The position numbers and the translations under genes are program-made. Shown one piece after another: positions 1-14,500 of a stretch of 64,000 nucleotides of DNA. The DNA is taken from NCBI RefSeq assembly GCF_964213995.1, contig NC_135814.1, positions 59,830,001-59,894,000 on the forward strand. The letters run 5' to 3'. The notes under the pieces were generated by a model, which saw only the letters and a program-made list of their open reading frames with translations, had not been told where the DNA came from and did no database searches. This DNA comes from Mustelus asterias (lineage: Eukaryota). Numbering within the stretch: the stretch's first letter is position 1; each line of letters opens with the position of its first letter.

Positions 1-359
1 CCCTCTTACTTTTGCTCATCTTCCTCAGAGATTAATGGCAGTCCCTCGGGGCAGAGGTCTATTCAGGCTGCCAAATGACCTGGAGAGGGAAGAAGATAAA
101 TGAGTAGCAGGGACAAAGAGTAACATTTGCTTAATCTCAAACAGCGATGCAACACATGATGCAGGATGCAGATGTGGTGATCTTTACTCACTGCATCTCA
201 TGTATCTTTCCCAGTCCCTGCTTACAGATTTCCTCGACCCCTTGCTGAAAGTGAACTCCTATGAAACACACTATCCCTGGAAGTGACTTCAGCCTCTTCA
301 TTGTAACCAACCTAGCCCCCTGTTGACTTCTTAGAAATGTCGTCAACAATGAGGAGAAT

Positions 360-1090
360 GAAGCACACCTCAGGTGACATAGACAGACTGGTGAAATGGA
401 CAGATTATATTTCACAGAGTAGTGTGAAGTAATTAATTTTGGTAGGTCGACTGAAGTGAGGCAGTAAAGGGTTACAAGAACAAAGTCATATTGAGATATG
501 TATACAAATATTTTACCACCAGAACAAGTTGAAAAAACTCTCAAATGGCATTTGGAATTCTTGGCTTTATTAATAGATGAATAATGGCAATGAATCTTTA
601 TAAAACATTGCTTTGACCTTAGCTGGAGTATTGTCTTTGATTCTGGGCACACTCCAGGAAGGAAGGCAAGGTGTAGGAGAGATTTACTGGAATGATATTG
701 CAGTTGAGGAACTTAAGTTATGTGGAGAGACTGGTGAAGTGGGGTTGTTCAAAATCATGAATCATTTAGACAATACATACGGGAAAGTTGTTTTCTGTAG
801 TAGAAGAGTCAATAACTAGAGGCCATAAATTTAAGATAATAAGCAAAAGATTTTGAGACAACATGGAGGAAAAAATGCATTGAGAATGCATGACCAAAAA
901 GGGCTTTAAAGTAGATTCAGTAGTAACTTTCAAAATTATTGGGTAAACACTTGATGATGACAAGGGTCAGAGAGACTGAGCGGGGGAGGAGGATCAATTG
1001 GATGGCTCTACCACAATGCTGGCGCAGGCACAATTGGTCAAATGACATCCTCCTGACCTCTTCCTGTTGAAACATTCTATGATTCTATAT
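360..1090 (+). mobile_element. Degenerate CR1 LINE 3' fragment
   Basis: Decayed CR1 RT C-terminal and 3' motifs (gtgtgaagtaattaattttggtagg, actagaggccataaatttaagataat, ttctatgattctat tail). Confidence 0.6.
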
Positions 1091-1096
1091 TGTCAG

Positions 1097-1450
1097 CCAT
1101 GGATTAGTAGCATCCTCACCTCTTGAATTTGAAGATTATTGCTTCAGGTCATGAGCACAAAAATCTAAGTTGACATTCCAACGCAGTACTGAGGGAATGC
1201 TGTACTGACCGAGGTGCTGTCTTTCAGATGAGATGTTAAACCAAGGCCATACCTCAGGTGGACGTAGGAGACTTCGCCCCCAGCATCCTGGACAATATTT
1301 ATCCCTCAATCAATATCACATTGCTGTTCATAGAATCTTGCTGTGTGTAAATTGGCTGCCACATTTCCTACATTACAACAGTGACTACACTTCAAAAATA
1401 ACTCATTAGCTATAAACTGTTTTGGGTTGTCCTGTGAAAGGTGTTATGTA
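1097..1450 (+). mobile_element. Deu-domain SINE (SacSINE1/AmnSINE-like)
   Basis: Core gcagtactgagggaatgctgtactgaccgaggtgctgtctttcagatgagatgttaaaccaaggcc recognised as Deu-like. Confidence 0.6.
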
Positions 1451-2330
1451 CACACACATGTGTCCCTTGGAGACCGTAATTACTTTTAAAATTGATTCTT
1501 GTTTTTCTGTGGGTTACTTGCCGTTATTAAGGAACCATCCAAAGTTGTTCTGATTGTTAAGTTTCAAAATTATTTTACTTCATTGTAATTAGTTCTGTGC
1601 TGTTTCTTATTATGGCAGTTTATGGTCAAGCTTCAAATCTTTGGAAGCTATCATTCTGTTGGCTGTTCATTCCCCAATCTTAGTCAAAACTCAGCAGTCC
1701 TATTTTTGTTTTCTTCCCCATCTTTGGCGATCTTGCTTGTTTGCATCATCCTTTCTGTTCATTCCCAAATAAAGGTTGCTAAATCTCTGACCTAAAAGAT
1801 TTGATTCAAAGGTTTCTAATCTGAATCCAGGTACTTATTACTTTATTGCAGCAATAATATTGGAACTGAAACAAACACCATTAATATCTTGTTCTAAATG
1901 TTGGTACAGTATTTGTTCTCACAATGCATATATTTAAACATTTTATGTTTTGAAGATACTTTGATATTCAGCAATAATCAAATTGTATACTTATACCTAA
2001 TGCATAATTGAAGTTATTTTGGTTTGCTAATTATATTATCATCAGATAATTAGAATAAACCTGTGACTGCAAGAGATATTGTCACAAACAGCCCTATCAG
2101 GTTAACTGCTTGTTTATTATTCATAAACCTGAACACAACAGACGTGCAAAAAGATACAGTGCAGTTCAAGGAGAAGTTCTACTGAAATGGCTGACAATAA
2201 TTCCAAAGTTACTATCGTTTCAAATGTTTTTTATTCCCTGCCATAGTTTGATTGCTTAGAATTCCAGAATCTTAATTTCTCTAGTGCGAGACGACTGTAA
2301 CAAACCGGGTAAGGCTTTTGTTTGTTGGAA

Positions 2331-2541
2331 ATGTTTGCTGCTGCCACAAAGAACTTTGTGAAGCAGGTTGGAGATACGGGCAGGCTGAAACCTGTTCCTG
2401 GTCTGAGTGAGGCTGACCGATATCAGCCACTCAGTCTAGTCACAAAGAGAAAGAAATCCTTCTTCTGGAAAAGAAAGAAATATAGCTCTACACCATTCAC
2501 TTTGAAGGACATTCTTGTTGGAGAAAAGGAGGTTTCTGCAG
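2331..2541 (+). CDS. PJVK: PJVK first coding exon (211 nt coding)
   Basis: ATG at 2331, [15 protein letters not shown]...EKEVSAG, donor G|gtaat; probable acceptor ctag at 2281-2284. Confidence 0.95.
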
Positions 2542-5500
2542 GTAATATGTTTATTTGATTTATGGGAAAATTATTTGGGCATTTTGCAGGAAACTGTCAT
2601 TACAATACAGGCAGTCCTCGACTTTACGATATTTGAGTTACGATGTATGGCATTCCAACATTTATAAATTAACACCCCATTTCAACTTTACAATGTTGGT
2701 TTCAACTTTAAGATGCCACATCAGCATGTTCATACATGCACATTGACATTCTGTGCCATCCATCTGTATGACTGGACAGGTTAAACCATCTTTAAGTTGG
2801 AGACTAATGTTTTATCCTGTTAGTTTTTTGGCACAGCTATCACAATTTTAATGTGTTATTAATACGCTTACATTGTATTTAATATGTGCTCAGGCTCGCA
2901 GAAGTTCAAGGTTAAGGCAGCTGATAATGATCGAACAGCTTCATTATATCCCCCACACTGACCAAGGAACTTGCGTTAGGTTGTGCAGGCATCAACAGTC
3001 ACCTAAGCGACTTGACAGGGCAAGAGATGAGAGCACTTAACCCTGCTGTGAGTGATTTCCGGCCTTGGTTCTGGAACCAATGCCCTGTTTGTACAGTTAA
3101 AAGCAAAATACTACAGATACTGGAAATCTGAAATAAAAACAGAAAATGTTGGATCCGGCAGCATCTGTGGAGAGAAACAGAGCTAACATTTCGGATCTAA
3201 ATGACCCTTCTACAGAACCTTATTTGTACCATTGTTCCTGTGGGAAAATCAGTTCCAACTTACGATGTTTCAACTTACGTTTTTCGGAACCAATTGTGCC
3301 GTCAGTCCATGGACTGCCTGTGAAATCATTTTGACTAAATAAGCTGCTTAAACTCTACCCCAAGTCCTAATGAAATTTGTGATTGTGTATTATGTTTGTA
3401 AGATTGAATACCTGGCACGTAAGAAATGAAGAAAGGCTATTTGGCTATTTTGCTTGTTCTATAATAATTTTTTTTGTGTCGGTTATTCAGAAGGAAAATA
3501 GCTGTTGTTGATGGAGGCCGGTCATTTCAGGCCCAGGACATTGCTACAGGAGTTCCTTAGGTTATTGGCCCAACCATGATTCAGCAATGACTTTCCCACC
3601 AACATAAGTGAGAAGTAGGGATGTTTGCTGATGGATTTCAATGCTCATTGCAACTCCTCAGATACTAAAGTAGTCTGTGCCCATATGTAGAAAGACCTGA
3701 ACCACAATCAGGCTTGGGCTGATATGTGGCATGAATGTAACTTGCCACCAGTGCCAGGCAATGACGAACTCTAACAAGAGAGAAATTAACCACTTTCCGT
3801 TGATATTCAATGGCATCAGCAGTGCTGAGTCCCCCACCATAAACATCCTAGTTGATTGTAAACATAACTGAACCAGCCATGTAATTACTGTGGCTATAGG
3901 TATTGATCAAAGGATTGGAATTCAGTGGGGTTAACTCGTCTCTTGATTCCCTGAAGCCTGTCCAATATCTATAAGTCATAAGTCAGGAGTCTGATGGAAA
4001 ACTCCCCATTTGCCTGGATGAGTGCAGCTCTAATAACACTTGACGCTTGATACCATTCAGGACAAAGCTTGAACAGCACCCCACCATCATGTTAAACATT
4101 CACCACCCCTCCCCACCCCACACTGTGGCAGCAGTGGTGTACCATCTACAAGGTGCACTGCAACAACTCACCAAGGCTCCTACAGTACCTGCAAAACCTG
4201 TGATCTCTAACACTGAGAAGGACAAAGACAGCAGGTACATGAGAATACCAGCAAGTCCCTCTCCAACTCTCACGCAATCATAGCTTAATTGGAACTATAT
4301 CACCATTCCATCACTGTTGTCATAACTTCTGGTTTGAGGTAGTTTAACTGTGAAGAATGGGGTGGAGGCGGGAACCTAATTTAAAATGGGGACAGGGGAA
4401 CTTAATTTAAGATAGGTAAACATTTGGTGTGAATGCAATTACAATTCAAGGAATGCATTATTATACATAAGCGTATTAATAACACATTAAAATTGTGATG
4501 GCCGTGCCAAAAAACTAATTGAAGGCTGGACAATGTTGACTTAAAAGGTCAAAGTAGAATGGTAAGCCATAAAACAACAAATGTACAAACTTAAACCATG
4601 GGTAACCTGCCTGTGGGCCTTTTGGTGGGCCGTAATTTTCCAGCTGTTCACACCCTGCCGCTGTTAGAAACATGGATGGAGGATTTGGTGCTCAGTTTAA
4701 ATGGCATGAAGGGCTTCATCAACAGCAGGGTGAAAGGGGCATCCCACCTGCCACCAGAACCAGCACCATCCCTCCTGATTAAATGGCACTTCCGAGCCAA
4801 ACTCTTCATAAGGTAGGACAGAAGATTCAGGCCTATGTTTTTACTCCTGTATGATATGTTACAGATACTATGCAAAGTTAGTTATTTTATTTGGTTTTTA
4901 TTTTATGAATAATTTATTGGTTCATCACTTCCTTTATACCCCAGGCTTTATGTTTTATTGTAGTGACGTTATAGTGATGGTATTTTACTAGTTGCCTATC
5001 ATTCTTAAAACATTAATTGTTGTAAGATGTGTGTAGTTCAATAGGTCTCATGAGGAGTTCCTAAGTCTTGTATAGTTTAACAGAAAGTGTTTTTTTAACT
5101 ACTAGTAACAATGTAAATATATACAGTATAAGGTCTAAGCTAAGAGCTGTCCCCATACTTACATCTACACACATTTCTGTCCTGTACAAGACTATCCTCT
5201 AGACTAGGGCCATGTATCTCTTTACATCACAGTGTGGGCAGTACTGTACCCAGTTCCACATTAACCCTTTCCATGCCAAACCCTTATACCACATTAATAT
5301 AGATTATATTTATGACCACAAATTTTCAGAACACTATTTATCTTTTATTACAAAAACCTCACTTCTTAGTCAAATTGTTTGCCTCCTTCCACTAAATTAA
5401 ATGAGTTTCTATAAAGTGGATTACCACTTTGGGGATTGTTAATTTAACAGGTGTAATCAATAATCTGAGTTTCATAGACTGATTGCATCAGTACATTACC

Positions 5501-8500
5501 TACATCCAAATGTGTGGTGGATTAGGTTGGTTGGCCATGCTAAATTGACCCTTAGTATCAGGGGGACTAGCAGGGTAAATACATGTGGTAATGGGGGTAG
5601 GGCCTGGGTGGGATTGCTGTCGGTGCAGGCTTGATGGGCTGAATGGCCTTCTTCTGTACTGTAGTGATTCTATATGTGCTAAAATAAATATGAATTTATG
5701 TTGAAAATATTACTGGTAAAGATAATGAAAATAATCAGGCATTTATTTCCTGTTTCATAGGGGTCTCTTCATATCAGCTACTTAATTATGAAGATAAGTC
5801 AGATGTTTCCTTAAGTGGGAAACTCGGAAATCATATTATTCATGATGTTGGATTTAACATTGATGGATCGGACTCTGTGGCAGTGAAAGCTTCATTTGGA
5901 ATAGTAACAAAACATGAAGTAGAGGTTCCATTACTTCTCCGGGAGATCATTAACAGGTAATTCTGCCATTTTCCATGATTCTTATCTAGTTGTCAACATA
6001 TCATGAAAAATACATATCATTGAAACAGTGGGAATGACAATTGAGCATCATAAGTACTTAGGGACTTAGACTGAATAGCTTCTGAAATTTGCATGAAATT
6101 GCGTTGCTTGATTAACCAATGTACGTTCAATGTAATCTGGTGTTGTTAAACTTCTTACAATGTAATACAGGCAGCATGCCTACTTGTGCTGCATGCTCAT
6201 TTTAATGATTGCTGCATTCAGCCAGTGCTAACTGTGCTGTTACTTGGCTGCGTGTGTTAGCATGGGGCTCTGAATCATAACTTTTTTAGCACCACTTAAC
6301 AAGAATCTGCACTGCTTAAAGTTGTGATGCATTGTGCTGGCTTTCATGCAGGAAGTGAATATTGCATGGAAACAGTGAAGAATGGCACATCATGAGAGAA
6401 CAGGTTCCAAGGTTTTTTGCTATGCACAAGAGACCTTGGTGTGGGTTACAGAAAGTGTCAGAAATTTCCTCTATCTTCATGGGGCCAGGAGGCCCTCCCA
6501 ACATGTACTTAATAAGCAGTAAGAGCAAGTAGCCTTGAAGGTCAATACCAAGTGTTAAGATGAAGTAAAATAAAAAATGATAAAATAGTAAAAGAAATAG
6601 AGGAACAGTGACATGTAGGGCTTCGATATTAAAGTAGAAGGATTCCTAAATCCTTCTTCAAAAGGCTGAAGAAGATGGGATATGAGATCCTCGATAACAT
6701 AGATTGTACCAAAGCCCAAATCAAGGAGTTAATGCAAAACCTGTACAGATTATTCGTTAGGCCTTATCTATGTTTTAGTTCCAGAAGATCAATTCATGGG
6801 AATTTTCCAGGGCAATACCAAGAATGAGAGATTTCAGTTCTGAGGAGAGACTCAATAAACAAATTATTTTCAACTCAGCAGCAAAGACTAAGAGTGGCTC
6901 TGATAGAGCTATCAACATGGTGGCACAGTGGTTAGCACTGCTGCCTAATAGCTCTAGGGATCTGGATTCGATTCCAGCCTTGGGTGACTGTCTGTGTGGA
7001 ATTTGCATGTTCTCCCCGTGGGTTTCATCTGGGCACACTGGTTTTCTCCCATACTCCAAAGATGTGCAGGTTGGGTGGATTGACCATAATAAATTTTCCC
7101 TTAGTGTCCAAAGGTGTGTAGGTTAGGGGGATTAGTGGGATAAATACATGAGGTTACGGGGATAGGGCAGGGGAATGGACCTGGGTGAGATGCTGAGTCA
7201 GTGGGCTGAATGGCCTCCTTCTGTACTGTAGGGATTCTATTATGATTCTATGAACATGATGACGATAAATAGGGGAAAATTATTCCTACTTTTGATTTTA
7301 TTTATTATTGTCACATGTATTAGCATACAGTTAAGTATTGTTTCTTGCGCGTTATACAGACAAAGCATACTGTACATGGAGAAGGAAAGGAGAGAGTGCA
7401 GAATAAGTGTTACAGTCATAGCTAGGGTGTCTAGAAAGATCAACTTAATGCGAAGTAGGTCCATTCAAAAGTTGGGTGGCAGCAGGAAAGAAGCTGTTCT
7501 TGAGTCGGTTGGTATGTGTCCTCAGACTTTTGTATCTTTTTCTTGACAGAAGAAGGTGGAAGACTGTGTCTGGAGTGCATGGGATCCTTAATTATGCTGG
7601 CTGCTTTTCTGAGGCAGCGGGAAGTACAGACAGCGTCAATGGGCGGGAGGCTGGTTTGAGGATGGACTGGACTTCGTTCATGACCCTTTGTAGTTTCTTG
7701 CGGTCTTGGACAGAGCAGAAGCCATACCAAGCTGTGATGCAACCAGAAAGAATGCTTTCTATGGTGCATCTGTAAAAGTTGGTGAGAATTGTAGCGGACA
7801 TGCCACATTTCCTTATTCTTCTGAGAAGGTAGAGGCATTGGTAGGCTTTCTTAACTATAGCGCTGGCATGGAGAGACCAGGACAGGTTGTTGGTGATCTG
7901 GACACCTAAAAACCTGAAGCTCTCGACCATTTCTACTTTGTCCCCATTGCTGTAGACAGGGACATGTCCTCCACTACACTTCCTGAAATTGATGACTATC
8001 TCCTTTGTTTTATTGACATTGAGGGAGAGATTATTGCCGTTGCACCAGTTCACCAGATTCTCTATCTCTTTCCTGTACTCCGCCCCGTCATTGTTTGAGA
8101 TCTGATCCACTACGCTCTTGTCATCGGCAAACTTGAAAATTGCATTGGAGGGGAATTTTGCCCCACAGTCATGGATGTATAAGGAGTATAGTAGGGTGCT
8201 GAGAACACAGCCTTGTGGGGCACCGGTGCTGAGGATGATCATGGAGGAGGTGTTGTTACCTACCTTTACTGTTAGTGGTCTGTGGGTTAGGAAGTTCAGG
8301 ATCCATTTGCAGAGAGAGGAGCCAAGCCCAGGCCATGGAGTTTGGAAATGAATTCTGGAGGAATACTGGTTTTGAAGGTTGAGCTGTAGTTGATAAACAA
8401 GAGTCTGACATAGGCGTCTTTGTTACCTATCCTGTTCCAGGATTGAGTGCAGGGCCAGAGAGATGGCGTCTATTGTGGACCTGTTGCGGCTGTAGGTGAA

Positions 8501-11500
8501 CTGTAGTGGATCCAGGCAATCTGGGAGGCTGGAATTGATTCGTGCCATGACTAACCTTTCGAAGCACTTCAGAATGATGGATGTCAGAGCCCCCGGATGA
8601 TAGTCATTAAGGCATGCTGCCTGGCTTTTCTTTGGTTTTGGGATGATGGTCATCTTCTTGAAGTAGATGAGGACCTTAGATTGGTGTAAAGAGAGGTTAA
8701 AGATGCCTGTGAATACCCCCACCAGCTGGTCCTCACAGGATCTGAGTGCTCATCCAGGTACTCTATTCGGGCCAGTCGCTTTCCGTGGGTTGACCTTCGA
8801 GAAGACCTCTTTGATGTCTGCAATGGTGACCCCAGATACAGGTTCATCTGAGGCTTCCAGGGTGGAGGGTGTGCTCTTGCTAACCTCTTGCTCAAAATGG
8901 GCTCATTGAGCTCATCAGGGAGGGGTGCAATTGCGCCGACAATTTTACATGCCTTCATCTTGTAGCCTGTTGTGTCTTGCAGATCTTGCCATAGTTGGCG
9001 GGTCTCGGTGTGGCTAGCCTGGGACTCTAGCTTGGTCCGATACTGTCTTTTGACATTTTTGATGGCTTTCTTTAGCTCATATCTGGCTTTCTTGTATAGG
9101 TCAGGGTCGCCTGACTTAAACACCTCAGACCTGGACTTCAGCAAGCAGTGGATATCCCTGTTCAACGCTGCCCCATCAAACTTCTCATGGCCCGATTGCA
9201 GCTCCCCGTCCATTCGTGGGCTGGCTCCAACCCCCACCATCCCGGACCGCTCTGATCTCCAGCCCCCGCTCCCCAGCGGTGACCACCACCTCCCACCCCG
9301 ATCACTGGCCTCCCTCCAGTCCCAACAGATCCCCATGCAGAGTAGCAACGGGACTCCCCACCCCCACCGATTGCCCCTAGGGCCTGCCCCCTAGGCTCTG
9401 CCCCATGCCCTTTGGGCAGTTCCAAGGTGCCCCCGGGCATGAGCACTTTTCCCCTTGGGCTGTACCAGGGGGCACAGGCTGGCACTGCCAGGGGCACCAT
9501 CCCCCCCACCGCCCGACCCCCTAGGGGGCCCTGATTGCCCTCCTTCACTCTAGCGGGGTCACCCCGCTACCTCTAGCAGGGTCACCCCGCTACCTCCCTG
9601 AAAGTGGAGAGCTAGTCTAAAGCCCACCAAAGTGAAATCGTACTGGCGGGATGGGAGATGCTAGTGGTCCTGGAGACTTCAGTCCCGCGCCCGCTAATCA
9701 CATTTTAAAAACATTAAAATAAGATTTAAATCACTTACCTGCTGTTCCCGTCAGTTTCCAGCAGATATCCGGTGCTTGGAGATGTGTGCGGCGGGAACGC
9801 ATGCGTGAATCCCACGAATCGGCCCACACGATTAGGCGCACGGGATGGGAGAATTGCCCCTGTATTTCTTATTTAAATTCATGTGTATGGAGGACGGGTG
9901 AAGGAATGGGACTAAGTCAGAGCCAGCACAGGGTAATGAGCTATACTGTAGAATTCTGTGATATGGGATTTCTAACTCTTCCTCTGTTTGATATCTCCAC
10001 AGAAAGATTGATGTGGAACATTGTCTCGTTCGCCAGATGAAAGAAAGTCGGCGTGCGGTGCTGTGTGTTGTCATGGAAAGCATCCGCACAACTCGGCAAT
10101 GCTCACTCACTGTGCATGCGGGAATGAGAGGAAAAACAATGAGAGTAAGACTCTGTAAATTTTGATTGCATTATAGTTAATGATGTGGTTGGTCCAAAAA
10201 TGTAATTACATAGAATTAATTCATTTTGCATAATTCCAGTTACATCCCAAAACTTTTTTTAAAATGCTGCTTTCAGTTGGCAGATGAAATATGTAATAAC
10301 AAAGAATTTAAGGAACAGGTATTTATCTGTGAGGCAGACAGATAAAAGTATATTGAAGATTAATTGTATAATCACTGTAGAGGCTGTTGACTTTTCAAAA
10401 TAAATTTGAACTTCCCAGTGAATTGCTGAAAGGATGTCACAATGGGATTTCATGTTCCAAGACTACTTCTGTGATAAACAAACTAAAAGCACTACTGGCT
10501 CAACACTCTGTTTGTAAGCAGCTACAGTACTGAGTTTCCCCTTTTACTTTAACAAAATCGAAAGAAAAACTTCACAGATATACTTTATGGGCGCGATGTT
10601 CCCAGCCCACATCATTATACGAGTAGCGCAGCGGGCTGGGAAATGTAAGCGGGAGGCTTTCCTGGGCCATTTTTTATGGTGTAATCAGACCCATGTGGGA
10701 AAACAGCGTGAGGCTGATTACAATATTTAAATTACAATATTTAAATCTTTATTTCCATGTCATTAGCGAGCCTGGGACGGTATCGCCCAGGCTCGCTAAT
10801 GTTTCCCACCTCACCGGGGGAGGTTCCTACCAGTGGGGATTAAAGCTGGTCCCCGTCAACGGGGGATTACCGCTGCGCACTGTGCCACAGCCATCAATGG
10901 GGGAAGGAGGGAGCTGGGCGATTGGGGCTGGTCATGGCAGGGGTTTGGGCTGGCCATTGTGGGTCAGGCTGGCTATGGGGGAGTGCGGGTTTGATCGGGG
11001 AAGCCGACGATCGGGGAGGAGGGGGCGGATATTGGGGATGCCATCGGGTGCTTAAGATTGGGGGGCCAGTGCACATGTGCCGATCTCCCTCCTGCTGATG
11101 CTGGCCTCTTGGGCGGGATTTGGCCCCACCACCACCTACTACAGTGAATCCCCAGCCGGAAATTCATGTGACTAAGTACACCCAAAAAACAGATGGGAAA
11201 ATCTCCTTTTTCCTGCGTGGTAGGCATTTTTATTTTAGGAAAATCATCCCCAACGTATATATTCAACTTTCCAGGAAGCCGTTCAAAATGATTCTCCGCT
11301 CCAAAGGGTTAAATTCTGTTCTTTTCCTTTCCCAACCTGGTAACTTTTAACCCCAAACTATATTCCACCATGAGAGTTTTATTGGAGATTCCTCCCTGTA
11401 TCTAAAACTAGATGAATTTTCCAATCTCATGCGAGTCCTACCAAATTTTGACTTTTCAATTTGAGGGTGAACTCCAACCTGCATCCCTGCGTAGTTTTGG

Positions 11501-14500
11501 CCTCCAGCTGTTCTCTCCTGGATCCTGGGAGATTGGCCAGGTCTGTGTTTCAGGGATATTTTAGAAACCTTCCGCTCTCAAAACGCATATCCATGACAAC
11601 ATTAATCACATGGACCTTTTATTTAGGTAGAAATGCTGATTATCTATCCTTGAGAACCCAACTCACTACCTCAGAATTAAATGGGCAATTTAAAGCATAA
11701 TTGTTTAAAACTTGACATTCTCAACACATTTTTAGGACTTTGTACAGAACATAATTCCATAACCATCATATTTGTAACAATTAGTTTATTTTCTGTGATA
11801 TTTCTTACACGCACCCACTCTAGTTTTTCACTTTCTGTTTCTCCTTTACCCTGCTTCCTCTCTTCATACACCTCATGCACAATTTATTTTTTGTTCCTCT
11901 TGCTTATATTCATTTGGCTCAGACGCTTTCTCTTCCTTTCTACTTTCTTTTGTAAATCTCCTTCAAATTCCACCCCCCCCCCCCCCCCCCCCCACCCCCC
12001 ACAACTCATTCAAGAGACGTGCTAATGCGTTCATAGAATCCTACAGCACAGAAGGAGGCCATTCGGCCCATCGAGGCTGCACCGACCACAATCCCACCCA
12101 GGCCCGCTCCCCATAACCCCACGCATTTACCCTAGCTAGTACCCCTGACACTAAGGGGCAATTTAGCATGGCCAGTCAACCTAACCTGCACATCTTAAGA
12201 CTTATCTCGATAGCCACATGAACAGACTGGGAATAGAGGGATATAAATGGATGGTCTAGTTAGGAACACATGATCGGTGCAGGCTTGGAGGGCCGAAGGG
12301 CCTGTTCCTGTGCTGTATTGTTCTTTGTTCTTTGTGGGAGGAAACTGGAGCACCCGAGGAAACCCACACAGACAAGGGGAGAACATGCAAACTCTACACA
12401 GACAGTGACCCAAGCCAGGAATCAAACCCAGGTTCCTGGCGTTGTGAGGCAGCAGTGGTAACCACTGTGCCACCGTGCAGCCCCATTGATGAGAAAGGAG
12501 CTGGAAGTTGGCGGTGGGGTAGTAGGCTGAGGCTAGTGTGCTGGAAGACGGGTAGAGAATGGAGAACCAGATATAGATGTTTGGAGAAGAAGAGGACTGG
12601 AACAAATTCTGCAGTCCATCTCTCCAGTCCCACAAACTAATACCGCAATTGCGCACTCCTTGAAATTACTATTCAATACTTTTATTTTTTTAATCGATTT
12701 CCTCCACTGCCTCTCTCTGCAGTTAATGCCACATATTCAGCACTTTGTGTCCTTAAATCTAAACAATTTGTACATCTTGTTAAATTTGAGCCATTTCTGT
12801 AAGAATTCTGCATCATTCAATACCATCTCCCGTGAATCTTCTTTCTCCTTTCCAAAGTAAAACAATCAGGACTGCACACACTGCTGCTCTAGATCGAGTT
12901 ATACAAGTGCCTTGCATAGAATCATCAGGGGCCTGTGAGATCTATTTTCTATCTCTTTTGCTATAAACTTCAAGATCCTATTAGCTGTGAAAAGACCGGT
13001 TGTTACTTGAGGGGAGTGAGATGTCTGGCACTGGCATTGGAAGGATGTGAGAAAGGTAGATTAGACAACATGCAAGATTTGCACAATTAATTAATTGTTC
13101 ATTTTCAATTATAATTCATATTCTAACTTATTGCAGTGTAATGGTATTATAAATTTACGCTTTGTGCTTATATTAAGACTTAGTGAGGTTGATTTTCATC
13201 TCCAGATCCAATCTGTCTTGTGCTGTTATAACACTTATCTGACCCTTAAGTATAAATAGCATTCAGATTTTTCCTTTTAATCTGATTTGATGATAAGGTG
13301 CCATCTTCTGTGGACTCCAATACTGGAATTCTCTGTGAACGACCAGCTTTACTGCTGATCCTAAAATAATATACTTGTTTGCGTATATTGCAACAGTGTT
13401 TGTTTGTAAAGAGATATTATTGCTCGGAATTGCATGGAGAAAATAGCACAAATAAAAGGTTTTCATACTTTTGATAAGAATCAAATTCAGATATTTCAGC
13501 ATTTATGTATTTAATTTTGGTCTGTAAACGTAGATAGATAGTTCTGTTTATAATACCCATTCTAGTTTCAGATTGATGATGGACGGAATCATAAAGGATG
13601 TGACAAAGCCATTGTTATTCCAGCTCATACAACAATTGCATTTAGTGTGTTTGAACTCTACATTCATTTAGATGGGCATTTTGGTAGGTAACGTATTGTC
13701 TATATTCCTTTAAAACTACTTTTAGTTAATACTGAAGAATTCTTCAATGCATAAAAACAAATTACTGCAGATGCTGGAATCTGAAACCAAAAGAGAAAAT
13801 GCTGGAAAATTTTGGCAGGTCTGGCAGCATCTGTAAGGAGAGAAAAGAGCTGATGTTTCAAATTCAGATGACCCTTTGTCAAAGCTCAAATTCTTCAATG
13901 CACCCTTAGATAATTTCTGTGATTACTAATTAGTTGCTTCTGTTTATTTAGTTTAAATACAGAACATAGCTGATTACTGATACTTGCACTATAAGGTATA
14001 AATCCAGAACATTATTTTAAGAGCTTTAAAAAAATGTTTTTCTGGTCACAAAATGGTGAAAATGTGTTATCCTTTTTGAATTCATACATTCTCAATGATT
14101 GAATGAACCATTTGCCAGTTGGAGGCTATGCAGGCTGATCAGTAGTAAGAAAATTGCATTTATAGTTAGGCAGGATGAAGCAAGATCATTTAACCAAACT
14201 GCATTTATATACTTTTAGAACTTTGTGTTACATCTGAATCAGAAGGTGGGTTCGAAAAAGAACAAATATCAGAGCAATTGGGTGGTTTAATGAGCCGATT
14301 CTCAGTGTGGAAGCTGCGACGATGCTTTTCGGATTTCTTTTATGGCAGTCCATTCAGATCTGGTAAGTCTTCCCTCAAATACTACAGACTAACAACACTG
14401 TATTGTAAGAGAAATTTAAGTAAAACTCATAGAAGCCCCATATATATCTTGTACTTACTGATGTAGAATGTGCACAGATTTTTACCATGACAGAGAGGTT

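Noticed and set aside
188-652. 154-aa minus-strand ORF
   Set aside because: Largely antisense to decayed CR1; no recognisable domain or exon structure
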